Of a stretch of 64,000 nt of DNA, positions 29,793-39,071 are shown one piece after another. The DNA comes from an uncultured delta proteobacterium (GTDB lineage: Bacteria > Desulfobacterota > Binatia > Binatales > Binataceae). A program made the translations under genes and the position numbers. The notes under the pieces are model-generated. The model did not search any database, was not told the DNA's origin, and was given only the letters and a program-made list of their open reading frames with translations. The DNA is taken from assembly GCA_963710455.1 (NCBI GenBank), contig CAVQAG010000013.1, positions 661,290 to 725,289 on the forward strand, in the 5' to 3' direction. Position 1 is the stretch's first letter. The number at the start of each line of letters is the position of its first letter.

Positions 29793-31118
29793 ATGAAACT
29801 CGCAATCCTCGACTCGCATAGCGCCGCGTTTCGCCGGTTTCTCGACGCGATGCTCAAGCGGCGCGGCGGCGACGGCGCCGGAATCGACCCCGCGGTGGCG
29901 AAGATAATCGCTGCGGTACGCAGGCGCGGCGATCGCGCGTTGATCGAATTCGGCGCGCGTTTCGATCGCGTGAAGCTCACATCGGCACGCCTGCGTGTGC
30001 GGCCGGCCGAGATGGAAGCGGCGCGCCGCGCGCTTCCGTCTGGCGAGCGCCGCGCACTCGAGCTTGCGGCCCGGCGTATCCGCGAGTTCCACCGCCGCAC
30101 GCTTAGCCGCTCGTTCGCTTATCGCGATGCCTCCGGGATGCGCCTGGGCCAGACGGTGCGAGCGCTTGCGCGGGTTGGCATTTACGTCCCGGGAGGGCAG
30201 GGCGCTTATCCCTCGACCGTGCTGATGAATGCGATTCCGGCGCGCGTCGCGGGCGTGGGCGAAATCGTGATGGTCTCGCCGCCGTCGCCACAGGGCGACT
30301 CGACCGCGGTGCTGGCGGCCGCCGCAATCGCCCGGGTCGATGAGTTCTACCGGGTGGGCGGCGCGCAGGCGGTGGCCGCGCTCGCTTACGGCACGCGAAC
30401 GATCGCTGCGGTCGACAAAATAGTCGGCCCTGGCAACGCCTGGGTGCAGACGGCCAAGCGGATGGTCTACGGCGCGGTCGATATCGATAAAATGGCCGGG
30501 CCGAGCGAGGTACTGGTGATTGCCGACGGCGGCGCGCGCGCCGAGTGGGTCGCGGCCGACCTTATCGCACAGGCCGAACATGGCTCGGGCGACGAAGCCG
30601 CGGTACTGCTGACGTCTTCGCGCGCCGTCGCCGAACGGGTCGCTGCCGCGATCGAGGATGCGCTCGCCAATCTCCCGCGCGCGGCGGCGGTCAGGCGGGT
30701 GTTCGCGCGCCGTGGCGCGCTGGTCGTCGTGGATAACCTCGAGGAGGCCTTCGCGCTCGCCAACCGTATCGCGCCCGAGCATCTCGAACTCGACTTGAGG
30801 GACGCGCCGCGATGGCTTGGGCGGGTGCGCGCGGCGGGCGCGGTGTTCGTGGGCGAGCTCAGCCCTGCGCCGCTCGGCGATTACCTCGCTGGACCCAATC
30901 ACGTGTTGCCCACCGGCGGCGCGGCGCGTTTCGCCTCGCCGCTCGGCGCGTATGACTTTGTCGCGCGCACCAGTATCATCGAGGCCTCGGCTCGGACGAT
31001 CGAAAAGCTCGGTCCCGCGGTGGCGCAGCTTGCGAGGATGGAAGGCTTTGAGGGCCATGCGCGCGCGGTCGAGCTGCGGTTGGGTGGCGATCATAAGCGC
31101 ACTGCGCGGCGGAAGTGA
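29793..31118 (+). CDS. hisD: histidinol dehydrogenase
   Basis: 441-aa ORF ([20 protein letters not shown]). Confidence 0.95.
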   Translation: MKLAILDSHSAAFRRFLDAMLKRRGGDGAGIDPAVAKIIAAVRRRGDRALIEFGARFDRVKLTSARLRVRPAEMEAARRALPSGERRALELAARRIREFHRRTLSRSFAYRDASGMRLGQTVRALARVGIYVPGGQGAYPSTVLMNAIPARVAGVGEIVMVSPPSPQGDSTAVLAAAAIARVDEFYRVGGAQAVAALAYGTRTIAAVDKIVGPGNAWVQTAKRMVYGAVDIDKMAGPSEVLVIADGGARAEWVAADLIAQAEHGSGDEAAVLLTSSRAVAERVAAAIEDALANLPRAAAVRRVFARRGALVVVDNLEEAFALANRIAPEHLELDLRDAPRWLGRVRAAGAVFVGELSPAPLGDYLAGPNHVLPTGGAARFASPLGAYDFVARTSIIEASARTIEKLGPAVAQLARMEGFEGHARAVELRLGGDHKRTARRK

Positions 31119-31227
31119 AACATCCACTGGAAAAACGCGGCCGGGCGGCAGTTACGCGAAAGCGGTCGGAAAGATAAGATGAAATGGGAACGTGGCAGGC
31201 CCGTCCGGGCATAGACGCAAATTAAAG

Positions 31228-31917
31228 ATGGCGAACAAGTCTCATTTGAAAGCGGCCGGTAGCAGCAGCGGCAAAACCCCGCGCCTGAAGATTGCGGCCA
31301 AGGACAACGGCGAAACGACAGTCGCCCGCTCGGCCGCGGTCGAGCGCAAGACGCGCGAGACCGAGGTCAAGGTGTCGCTCAATCTCGACGGCGGCGGGCG
31401 GGGCACGGTTGCGACCGGGGTTCCGTTTCTCGACCACATGCTCGAAAGTTTCTCGCGGCACGGGTTCTTCGACCTGGTGATCCAGGCGAGCGGCGATCTC
31501 CATATCGACGAGCATCACACGGTCGAGGATGTCGGAATTGTGCTGGGACGCGCGTTTCGACAGGCGCTCGGCGATCGTACGGGAATCAGGCGCTTCGGCG
31601 AGGCGATGGTTCCGCTGGACGAAGCGCTCTGCTCGGCGGTGGTTGACATCAGCGGCAGGAGCTACCTCGCCTACAACGTGCCGATCGCGCAGGAGCGAGT
31701 CGGAACCTTCCAGACCGAACTGGTGCACGACTTCATGAAGGCGTTCAGCGATGAAGTCGGGATGAACCTGCATCTGAATATGGTCGGCGGCCGCAATCCC
31801 CATCATGTGATCGAGGCTGCCTTCAAAGCGCTCGCGCGCGCGATGGATCAGGCGACCGCGCGAGAGCCGCGCGCGGGCGGCGGCGCGCTCTCGACCAAAG
31901 GCACGCTTTCGTCGTAG
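31228..31917 (+). CDS. hisB: imidazoleglycerol-phosphate dehydratase
   Basis: RKTRETEV, DEHHTVEDVG, NPHHVIEA. About a 35-aa basic N-terminal leader. ATG at 31228 (ORF track GTG at 31192). Confidence 0.9.
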   Translation: MANKSHLKAAGSSSGKTPRLKIAAKDNGETTVARSAAVERKTRETEVKVSLNLDGGGRGTVATGVPFLDHMLESFSRHGFFDLVIQASGDLHIDEHHTVEDVGIVLGRAFRQALGDRTGIRRFGEAMVPLDEALCSAVVDISGRSYLAYNVPIAQERVGTFQTELVHDFMKAFSDEVGMNLHLNMVGGRNPHHVIEAAFKALARAMDQATAREPRAGGGALSTKGTLSS

Positions 31918-31950
31918 CAAGACAGTAATCCAGGCTTCAGTAATCTAGGC

Positions 31951-32685
31951 TTGTTCGACAAATTCACCGTCATTCCATCGATCGACCTCAAGGGCGGCGA
32001 AGTCGTGCGCCTGTGGCGCGGCGAGATGGACCGCGCGACCGTGTACGGCCAGAACGCCGCGGCGACAGCGCGCGCCTTCGAGAGCGAGGGGGCGCGGATA
32101 ATCCATGTGGTGGACCTCGACGGAGCGATCGCCGGGGCGCCGCAGAACCTGGAATCGATCCGCGCGATCCGCGCCGCAGTCGCCTGCCTGCTGGATGTGA
32201 GCGGAGGGCTCCGAACGGTCGAGTCGGTGCGTGCGGCGATCTCGGCGGGTGCCGACTACGTGTCTATAGGATCTGCTGCGATGCTCGACCCCTCAATGCT
32301 GGTCAATGTCTGCCGAGAGCATCCAGGACGCGTCTTTGGCTCGCTTGATGTGCGTGATGGTCGTTTGGCCATCAAAGGCTGGGGCGAAACGAGTCAGCTA
32401 GTGGTCGCTGACGCTCTAGAGCGCTTCCAGCGGGCCGGTGTAGCAGCAGTGATATTGACTGACATTTCTCGCGATGGTACCGAGATTGGTGTTGATATAG
32501 AGATGTATGAGCGGCTCGCGCGATCCTCGGAGACGCCGGTAATTGCATCCGGCGGGGTTGCGCGAATCGAAGATCTGGTCGCGTTAAGTCGGCTGTTCCA
32601 GCACGGATTGGCAGGCGCGGTTACGGGACGCGCTCTTTACGAAGGACGTTTCACACTCTCACAGGCCATTGGCGCTATTGTCTAG
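31951..32685 (+). CDS. hisA: ProFAR isomerase
   Basis: VIPSIDLKGGEVVRL, DLDGA, SGGV... TTG start at 31951. Confidence 0.9.
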   Translation: MFDKFTVIPSIDLKGGEVVRLWRGEMDRATVYGQNAAATARAFESEGARIIHVVDLDGAIAGAPQNLESIRAIRAAVACLLDVSGGLRTVESVRAAISAGADYVSIGSAAMLDPSMLVNVCREHPGRVFGSLDVRDGRLAIKGWGETSQLVVADALERFQRAGVAAVILTDISRDGTEIGVDIEMYERLARSSETPVIASGGVARIEDLVALSRLFQHGLAGAVTGRALYEGRFTLSQAIGAIV

Positions 32686-32705
32686 CGCACCGATGCGCGT
32701 TTTTT
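32685..32705 (+). terminator. rho-independent terminator after hisA
   Basis: GCGCA-CCGA-TGCGC hairpin followed by G + T6. Confidence 0.5.
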
Positions 32706-32951
32706 GTTGCTGGCGGCCTGACTACGTTGGCCAAGCAAGATAATTTTCACCGAGAAAAGTGCCAGATATGAAGGCGTTAGCGGCTCCTTGAAGCAAAAGC
32801 TCTAGCCACCAGCAAAATGGCTCTTGTTTCTTGTCATTAAATCGTACAGGATACTTAAGCATAACATAGGTCAGTTGGAGCAAGCCGGCGGAGCGTTTGG
32901 ATCAGAGTTTCGGGGTTTAACGTCTTTCGCGACTAGATTCGGGGGTCTTCG

Positions 32952-34052
32952 ATGAGCACACGTTCTCGGTTCTCTAAAGGCCAGATGCTGGCTCTGTTCA
33001 CGATTATCTTGCCCGTGTTGCTGGGCGTGATGGCCTTGGGCGCGGATTTCGCGATCATCTATCTGAATTGGTCGATGGTCCAGAAGGCCGCTGATGCCGC
33101 GGCGCTGGCGGGAGCCTCGCAGCTCACCGCTGTGCCTGGCTCGGCCCCAAGTGTTACGCCCGCTGCCACAAACTACGCGTACGGTTATGCGTGCCTAAAC
33201 GGCATCAGCGATCCTAGTAATACCTATGCCACGATCTGCCCAACTGAGGCGTCCCATCCCGGAGGATTCGTGGACCAAATCCAGTTTACCAATGTCACTG
33301 ACACCACCGTTTCCGTGGGCATCAAGCGTTCGGTTCCATACTTCTTCGGCAAGATGATCGGCCTGAATACGGCAGCGGTGGCCGCGAAGGCGACTGCGGC
33401 GATCGAAGCCACGGGATCTGTTCCCAGCGGAATGTTTCCGGTCGGACTCCAATGCACTCCCACAGGCAACCCCGCCGCTTGCGATGTATCCAGCTTATTT
33501 AATGCTCAAGCCATCGTCACATTCGGGGCGAAATTCGTCCTCACCAGCGCCAACAGCAATGAGCAGTCGTCCGGTGGCGCGCCCGGCAATTGGGATTGGG
33601 TGGATGTTGGCCAGGGAAACGGCGCGAGCCAGCTAGGCCAAGTATTGCAGAACGGGGCTTCGGAGAGCTTCAGCTTAGGTCAGACAATCAGTAGCGTCCC
33701 AGGCAACAAGGCCAATTCAGGGCCCGCTAAAAATGGCCTTGCTGCGCGACTGGCGGCATGCGGCACGAGCGCAACCGCGCGCCCCAATGGCGACCCATGT
33801 TCGAATGGAGGCAACACCACAGGGCTCAGCTGCGATGACCCTTGTCTGATCACCGTGCCCGCGGTCAACTTTACAGGATGCAATGGCAGTTGCAGCTTGA
33901 CGATAGAAGGCTTTGCGCAGATGTACCTCGAGCAAACCAGTACTACCTCGGCAATCCAGGCATGCTACATCTCGAAAAACACCTGCACGACCCAGGGCAG
34001 CGCCAGCGCACCGAATCTCGGCTCGCTAGCGCCACCGGTTTTGATCAACTAG
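32952..34052 (+). CDS. TadG-like Flp-pilus assembly protein (PF13400-type N-terminus)
   Basis: N-terminus KGQMLALFTIILPVLLGVMALGADFAIIY...QKAADAAALAGA. C-terminal part has GNWDWVDVG, a Cys-rich stretch, and ends GSASAPNLGSLAPPVLIN. Confidence 0.75.
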   Translation: MSTRSRFSKGQMLALFTIILPVLLGVMALGADFAIIYLNWSMVQKAADAAALAGASQLTAVPGSAPSVTPAATNYAYGYACLNGISDPSNTYATICPTEASHPGGFVDQIQFTNVTDTTVSVGIKRSVPYFFGKMIGLNTAAVAAKATAAIEATGSVPSGMFPVGLQCTPTGNPAACDVSSLFNAQAIVTFGAKFVLTSANSNEQSSGGAPGNWDWVDVGQGNGASQLGQVLQNGASESFSLGQTISSVPGNKANSGPAKNGLAARLAACGTSATARPNGDPCSNGGNTTGLSCDDPCLITVPAVNFTGCNGSCSLTIEGFAQMYLEQTSTTSAIQACYISKNTCTTQGSASAPNLGSLAPPVLIN

Positions 34053-34088
34053 CGCGCCCTTGCGATATCTTCCTGCGGAGACCATGAG

Positions 34089-34648
34089 ATGAAAACAGAG
34101 ACCATTAATCGCGCATCCAAAGGGCAGGCGATGACCGAATTTGTGTTCATGGCTTTCGTTGCCTTCATCATATTGTTCGTCGCGATCCAGATGGCCGCCC
34201 TTGGACGCGAGTACATGGCGCTCGGCCAGTTGAACTACCAAGTCACCCGCTGGGCCACCAATCCGGGAAACAACAGCATCGCGGGCTCGAACAGTCCGCA
34301 ATGCGCGGACGTGGCGAACCTCATTAGCGGCGCGGGCGTATCGCCTTATTCGAACGTCACCACCGTGGCCTCCGGGTATATGGGAAAGATCGGGTACGGG
34401 TCTGGTAATACAGTGTGTGGCAACCCGCCGGCTGGAGGAATCGGTGTCGCGATGACTTGCACCGTTGCCGGAGGCACGGGCACAACATCTTGTGCCGCGC
34501 AAAGGCCGCCGGCACGGGAGTGCAGATTGTGCTGACCATGGACACTCGTAAAGCGATATTTTTGAGCACTTCGACAACCAATCCTAATTTCTTGGGAATT
34601 CCGTTCCCCAAGACACTCTCCAGTACCCAGATGATGGTCACCCAATAG
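34089..34648 (+). pseudogene. TadE-like pseudopilin, apparently frameshifted near 34495-34510
   Basis: N-terminus KGQAMTEFVFMAFVAFIILFVAIQMAA (TadE motif). The first frame stops at 34535. A second frame continues AAGTGVQIVLTMDTRKAIFLS...TLSSTQMMVTQ, which is the usual TadE C-terminus, and ends at 34648 just before a terminator. Confidence 0.55.
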
Positions 34649-34679
34649 GACGCTACCGATAAGAGGCAGTCCAAGGCGG

Positions 34680-34710
34680 CGCCGGACCGAATGGTCGGGC
34701 GTCGTTTTTT
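34680..34710 (+). terminator. rho-independent terminator
   Basis: CGCCGGACC-GAAT-GGTCGGGCG hairpin (one mismatch) followed by TCG + T6. Confidence 0.5.
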
Positions 34711-34812
34711 CGTCTTTTCGGATCGTTGCGATTATGCAACCTGGTGGTGGCGTTAACTCTTTTTGTCAATTCAGCGTCTACGTATCAATATTGATTTTAT
34801 TGAACATTTTCA

Positions 34813-34828
34813 TGGCATGCATGATGCT
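34813..34828 (+). promoter_or_regulatory. candidate sigma-54 (-24/-12) promoter
   Basis: TGGCATG-catg-ATGCT compared with consensus TGGCACG-N4-TTGCW. GG and GC have correct spacing. Lies about 50 nt upstream of the TTG start at 34879. Confidence 0.3.
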
Positions 34829-34878
34829 TTCTCGTGGAGGAGCCTTGTCCGAGGGTCGCGTCTACGGGGGAAAAGAAC

Positions 34879-35898
34879 TTGAAGATAAAGCGCGTCGGAG
34901 GCAGGGGGCAGATCTCTGTAGCCCTGATTATCGTGATGACGGTTATTCTGGGCGCCATAGGCTTGGGCGCCGATGCGGCGGTGCTGTATTTGAACTGGGT
35001 TATCCTGCAGAAGGGGGTCGATGCCGCCGCGCTTGCCGGGGCTGGCTATTTGGAGGGCAACTCGCAGGCCGCATCCAACGCCGTTAGCGTCGCCGTGACC
35101 TACGCGCAGAATAACGGCATCAAGAATAGCGAACTTACGGCCGACGGGGGTGGCAACAAGGCATACGTACCAGGTCCCAACTACACGACCATTACGGTCA
35201 CCGCCAAACGCACCGTGCCCTACGCGTTTTTCAAATTGATCGGCCTCTCAAATGGCACGGTAGCAGCCAGCGCGACCGCCCAGATGCCACAGGCGGCAGG
35301 CTGCGTGAACTGCACCAGCGCGGTAGCTACGCCTGGCAGTCAGCCGACCGTCATCCCTGGGAGCATCTGTAGCGCGGTAGGCCAATGCGACGTGCTTCCA
35401 ATTGGCCTCGATGCCACCACGCCTTATCAGTTCGATCAGGCTGTCACATTCAACCAGGGACAGGTCGGCCCCGGTAACTGGGGTTCGCTGGCGTTGGGCG
35501 GCACGGGCGGCTCCAACGAACGCACCAACATCGCGGACGGCTACCAAGGACCGCTTGCGATCAACCAATGGGTCGACACCGAGCCCGGATTCAAGAAGGG
35601 CCCAGTCGGCCAGGGCTTCTCCGATCGCCTCGCGCAGGCTCAGAGCGAATTTCCAAGCGGAACCTTCGACAATCATAGCCCCAACGATCCGCGCGCCGTC
35701 ATCCTGCCGATGGTTGTCTGGAACAGCCCCAACGGCAGAAGCCAGGTCGAGATTGTGGCCTTTGCCGCCGTATGGATCGATTCGGAGAGTGGCGGAACGA
35801 TTCAGGCCCATTTCATCCAGCAGGAGGCCTTCGACAGCACTGGCTCTGCGAGCGCTCCAAACGATGGCGCCATGGGCAGACCGATCCTGATCAAGTAG
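34879..35898 (+). CDS. TadG-like Flp-pilus assembly protein
   Basis: RGQISVALIIVMTVILGAIGLGADAAVLY...QKGVDAAALAGA, then GNWGSLALGG, and ends GSASAPNDGAMGRPILIK. Paralog of 32952..34052. TTG at 34879 after GGGGGA; ORF maximum starts at 34834. Confidence 0.75.
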   Translation: MKIKRVGGRGQISVALIIVMTVILGAIGLGADAAVLYLNWVILQKGVDAAALAGAGYLEGNSQAASNAVSVAVTYAQNNGIKNSELTADGGGNKAYVPGPNYTTITVTAKRTVPYAFFKLIGLSNGTVAASATAQMPQAAGCVNCTSAVATPGSQPTVIPGSICSAVGQCDVLPIGLDATTPYQFDQAVTFNQGQVGPGNWGSLALGGTGGSNERTNIADGYQGPLAINQWVDTEPGFKKGPVGQGFSDRLAQAQSEFPSGTFDNHSPNDPRAVILPMVVWNSPNGRSQVEIVAFAAVWIDSESGGTIQAHFIQQEAFDSTGSASAPNDGAMGRPILIK

Positions 35899-35947
35899 CG
35901 CTCTCGAATATCGTCAGCCCGGCGGAGCGTCAATGCATCCGGCGGGC

Positions 35948-36056
35948 ACATCGAGTCCGGCTCAGGCGACACGTCCCGCTCGTAGCACGCCGGCGAGTGC
36001 CTGCGGATCGACGATCGCGCCCCACGCGGTTGCATATAGCTTCGTCCCGCTTTTCA
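35948..36056 (-). pseudogene. relic fragment of a D-2-hydroxyacid dehydrogenase gene
   Basis: The minus strand reads [36 protein letters not shown]. The intact gene reads [37 protein letters not shown] at 44240-44349. By hand count, about 54/60 nt are identical in the core, including a 23-nt perfect run. Confidence 0.65.
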
Positions 36057-36083
36057 ATCTGCTAAAACAACGATCGTCCGAGG

Positions 36084-36542
36084 CTAGCCCGGCTCGGTTG
36101 CGCTGCCGGACATCGCGGATCTTTGTGCTGCTCGATGTCCGCCGCGCCGCGATGCCGACGCGGTTACGGTGATACTACGTGCAGGAAATCCCCCCAATGC
36201 TAACACCGCCGCATATTGCGGAATCTTTCGGTCAAGCCTGATCGTGAGAACGTTGTTATCCGAGGATAGTTCAGTGAAGACGATCTCGGCGGAGGCGATT
36301 CCTTGACTCTGCGCGTATGCATCAGCCACGCGTACCGCTGCACGCGGATCCTCCGGCAAATACTGGGCACCTCTGTTTACCGCCATAAGCGCCATCAGCT
36401 GAAGATTCTTGACGTCGAGCTCATAGTACTCCCTCGCAAAGGTGCGGTGCACCATCAGTTCAGCCGAGAGAGCGACTCCGGCAAAAACGATGAGCATGAC
36501 TCGGCAGCGAAGTGACAATAAGCCGAACCGTCGACTTGCCAT
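36084..36542 (-). CDS. small TadE/G-like membrane protein
   Basis: MASRRFGLLSLRCRVMLIVFAGVALSA, then a pattern like a TadG N-domain (...AVRVADAYAQSQGI...VLTIRLDRKIPQYAAVLALGG...ITVTASA). Its ATG overlaps the upstream stop (TAATG). Confidence 0.45.
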   Translation of the reverse strand: MASRRFGLLSLRCRVMLIVFAGVALSAELMVHRTFAREYYELDVKNLQLMALMAVNRGAQYLPEDPRAAVRVADAYAQSQGIASAEIVFTELSSDNNVLTIRLDRKIPQYAAVLALGGFPARSITVTASASRRGGHRAAQRSAMSGSATEPG

Positions 36543-36727
36543 TAACACTGCTCGATGATCCTCCTCTGATCGCGCACCCATTCTTTAATCGCTTCGAGAC
36601 TGAACCGCCAATCGGTGCCGATGCGGAAGCCAGGGAGCTTTCTCTGCTTGAGCATGCGATAGATCGTAGTCTTATGAACCTGTAGATATTCCGACAATTC
36701 GTCGACGGTCAAATATTTGCGTTGCAT
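36542..36727 (-). CDS. excisionase-family (HTH_17 / MerR-like) DNA-binding protein
   Basis: MQRKYLTVDELSEYLQVHKTTIYRMLKQRKLPGFRIGTDWRFSLEAI. RBS GGTGAGAGG. Confidence 0.75.
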   Translation of the reverse strand: MQRKYLTVDELSEYLQVHKTTIYRMLKQRKLPGFRIGTDWRFSLEAIKEWVRDQRRIIEQC

Positions 36728-36761
36728 CGTGCCTCTCACCTTCACGTTTACGGCTTAGATT

Positions 36762-37178
36762 CTAACCAGCGAATGAATAGGATCGGGGGCCACACTTGCC
36801 CAGGTACGTACGCAAGGATTCCAGCCCAGAATCCCGCACGGCAATTTTCCAGCCTTCGGGCGACGCCTGCTGCACGTGCCAATGCCCTTCCGCAAGCCGA
36901 ATAATGATAAGCCTATCGTTACCGAGCGAGGCGCTGGCGCGCCCTCCGAAGCGATCCAACGCGAGGCCAAACTCGGCCAGCAACTCTTCCCAGTAGACCC
37001 AAGTCATTCGGCTAGGCGGAGTCGCGAGAGGTCTAATATCTTCTTTCTCAATGGAGTATCGCTCCATCAGAGCTTGAGCCAGGCGAGTCGCGGTTTCAGC
37101 CTCGAACTTGGAGGCCCCTCTTTCCGGATCAATTCGCATCAGCAGTCGTATTTTTCTGAGTGCGTCTTCGGCTCTCAT
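36762..37178 (-). CDS. DUF2786-like protein
   Basis: N-terminus ALRKIRLLMRIDPERGASKFEAETATRLAQALMERYSI resembles the DUF2786 helical hairpin. The C-terminal 90 aa are unknown. Confidence 0.55.
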   Translation of the reverse strand: MRAEDALRKIRLLMRIDPERGASKFEAETATRLAQALMERYSIEKEDIRPLATPPSRMTWVYWEELLAEFGLALDRFGGRASASLGNDRLIIIRLAEGHWHVQQASPEGWKIAVRDSGLESLRTYLGKCGPRSYSFAG

Positions 37179-37289
37179 GCTCTGTTGTTTCTTCCGAGCA
37201 GCTACTTGCCTTCGAATTTCTTGCTTTGGGAGATGGCCGTCGCTTTTATACGAATATTTGAGGATCTCAGACGTCCGGGAAGCTTCGCT

Positions 37290-38498
37290 TTAGCGCGAAA
37301 GACGTAGAAGGATCTCCGAAGCGATGGTCTGAAAGACGCCCTGCAGGTCAGCCGCGGTAGGCGCAAATACCGCCTGGCCTACGGGTTGGTTGGGATCGAA
37401 GGTTGAACTCGCCGGATCGTTGGCAATCTGCTGGAGAAACGCTTCGCTGATCTTGTCGCCCAGGCCGATCGAGTAAATCACAATATTCTGAGTGCGCATG
37501 TTGTTGGCCACCTGTACCGCGCGATACATGGCCTCGTTGGCGATATTCTGCTGGGTCAGCGCCAGAGTTCCACCGGCCATCTGTGAAGGAAAACTCGTCG
37601 CACCGCAGCTGACCCCATTGCCCGTGATCGGGTTCAAGAAAGAGATACCACTGCACCAACCTACGGCCGCCTCCGGTGGAGCGCACCCGCCGAAATTCAG
37701 CAAGGTGGACGGAGGACAATTCAGAGTGTCCTCGACTGTGTTGGCCCATCCGTCAGTAAAGAAGACCGCCACTTCGATCACATTTTGACCCGGCACCACC
37801 GTCACAGTGTTTATCTGGGCCTGTCCATCAAGTAGTCCGCCCTGCGAATAGGTTGCGCCCGCGAAAGCCATGCGGTTGACCGCGTTGGTTATGGGATTGA
37901 GGAAATTTGTGCGCATCGAAACATCGACGCTCGGGACCGACGAGAAACTGACGTCCGCGACCTGGTCCGTCGCATTGTCAAAGTAAGTCAGGAAATTACT
38001 AACCGCTGGCGGAAGCGCTTGCTGTCCGCCGTTTCTGGTCATCGAGCCCGATCTGTCCAGCACCAGCGACATGATCAGCTTGGGGCGGGTCGTCTGAGCA
38101 TTGGAACTGACCTGCAGAGTATTAAGCCCCGGCAGCACGCGGAGAAAGAAAGTGTTGAGCGCGACCGTGGCGCTGACGTTTATCACCGCATTGTTGTTGG
38201 CGTCGGCAGTAATGCCGACTGTGAGCACCGGCGGGCTGATGTCGCGCCCATTGCCCGATCCAAAGTTGGTATTGAACGCGCTTTGCGCGATCGCGGTAGC
38301 CTGGGCCTGCCCCTGGTTTAGGTTGCGCATGGCCGCGAGCGCAGCGGCATCGACCGCCTTGGAGAGGTTGGCTCGCGTGATGAAGGCGAAGCCAAGGTCA
38401 ACTCCCAGGCCCACGAACAGGATGAGAATGGGCAGGCTAAGTGCAAACAGCATAAAGATTTGCGCTCGCGCGCGTCGGGGATTATTGGTTGGTTGCAA
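37290..38498 (-). CDS. TadG-like protein with vWA domain
   Basis: RARAQIFMLFALSLPILILFVGLGVDLG...KAVDAAALAA. MIDAS-like LVLDRSGSM and downstream FFTDG. Probable TTG start at 38498 after AAGGA; ORF maximum is 38948. Confidence 0.8.
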   Translation of the reverse strand: MQPTNNPRRARAQIFMLFALSLPILILFVGLGVDLGFAFITRANLSKAVDAAALAAMRNLNQGQAQATAIAQSAFNTNFGSGNGRDISPPVLTVGITADANNNAVINVSATVALNTFFLRVLPGLNTLQVSSNAQTTRPKLIMSLVLDRSGSMTRNGGQQALPPAVSNFLTYFDNATDQVADVSFSSVPSVDVSMRTNFLNPITNAVNRMAFAGATYSQGGLLDGQAQINTVTVVPGQNVIEVAVFFTDGWANTVEDTLNCPPSTLLNFGGCAPPEAAVGWCSGISFLNPITGNGVSCGATSFPSQMAGGTLALTQQNIANEAMYRAVQVANNMRTQNIVIYSIGLGDKISEAFLQQIANDPASSTFDPNQPVGQAVFAPTAADLQGVFQTIASEILLRLSR

Positions 38499-38521
38499 GT
38501 GAGTAATCCTTTTGCCGGAGT

Positions 38522-39058
38522 TTAGAAATATGCCGACTGATACAAATCCGACGGCATAACCAGCTTCAGCAGATTTTGAATCGGAGTTATCGGCTTGTAT
38601 GAGTAGAAAATTTCCGTGACGTAGATTGTCTGACCGGGCTGCAGCATGGCGGTGGCCGACGGTGGCACTTTCGCCATGTTGCCCACTCCCTTTCCGACCT
38701 TGCTCGTTTGCGATATCCCCCCTTGCGACACCTGGTCGGTGATCGTAAGGACGCGGTTGATGTTGGTGACCGAAGTGATGATCACTTCTCCATTGCGATT
38801 CAGATCCAATTGAGCCTCTCCGGCAATCACGGCCGCGGCGGAGTCCGACAACGTGGTCCCGCGTGACGCCAGGTTGGAACCTTGCCTGGATAGGCTCGCC
38901 ATAACCTGGACGTCGTGGATAGCGCGGCTGAAATCGATCAACATGCACAGCAGGACCAGCATCAGAGCCGCGATGAGCGCGAACTCCGTAGCCGCCTGAC
39001 CCGACCGGGCCGCGGTAATCTTTCTGCCCGCTGAACCGCGATGGTTTGGACGTTCCAT
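38522..39058 (-). CDS. TadE/TadF-like pseudopilin
   Basis: SGQAATEFALIAALMLVLLCMLIDFSR. ATG at 39056-39058. Confidence 0.75.
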   Translation of the reverse strand: MERPNHRGSAGRKITAARSGQAATEFALIAALMLVLLCMLIDFSRAIHDVQVMASLSRQGSNLASRGTTLSDSAAAVIAGEAQLDLNRNGEVIITSVTNINRVLTITDQVSQGGISQTSKVGKGVGNMAKVPPSATAMLQPGQTIYVTEIFYSYKPITPIQNLLKLVMPSDLYQSAYF

Positions 39059-39071
39059 GACACTACCGCCG

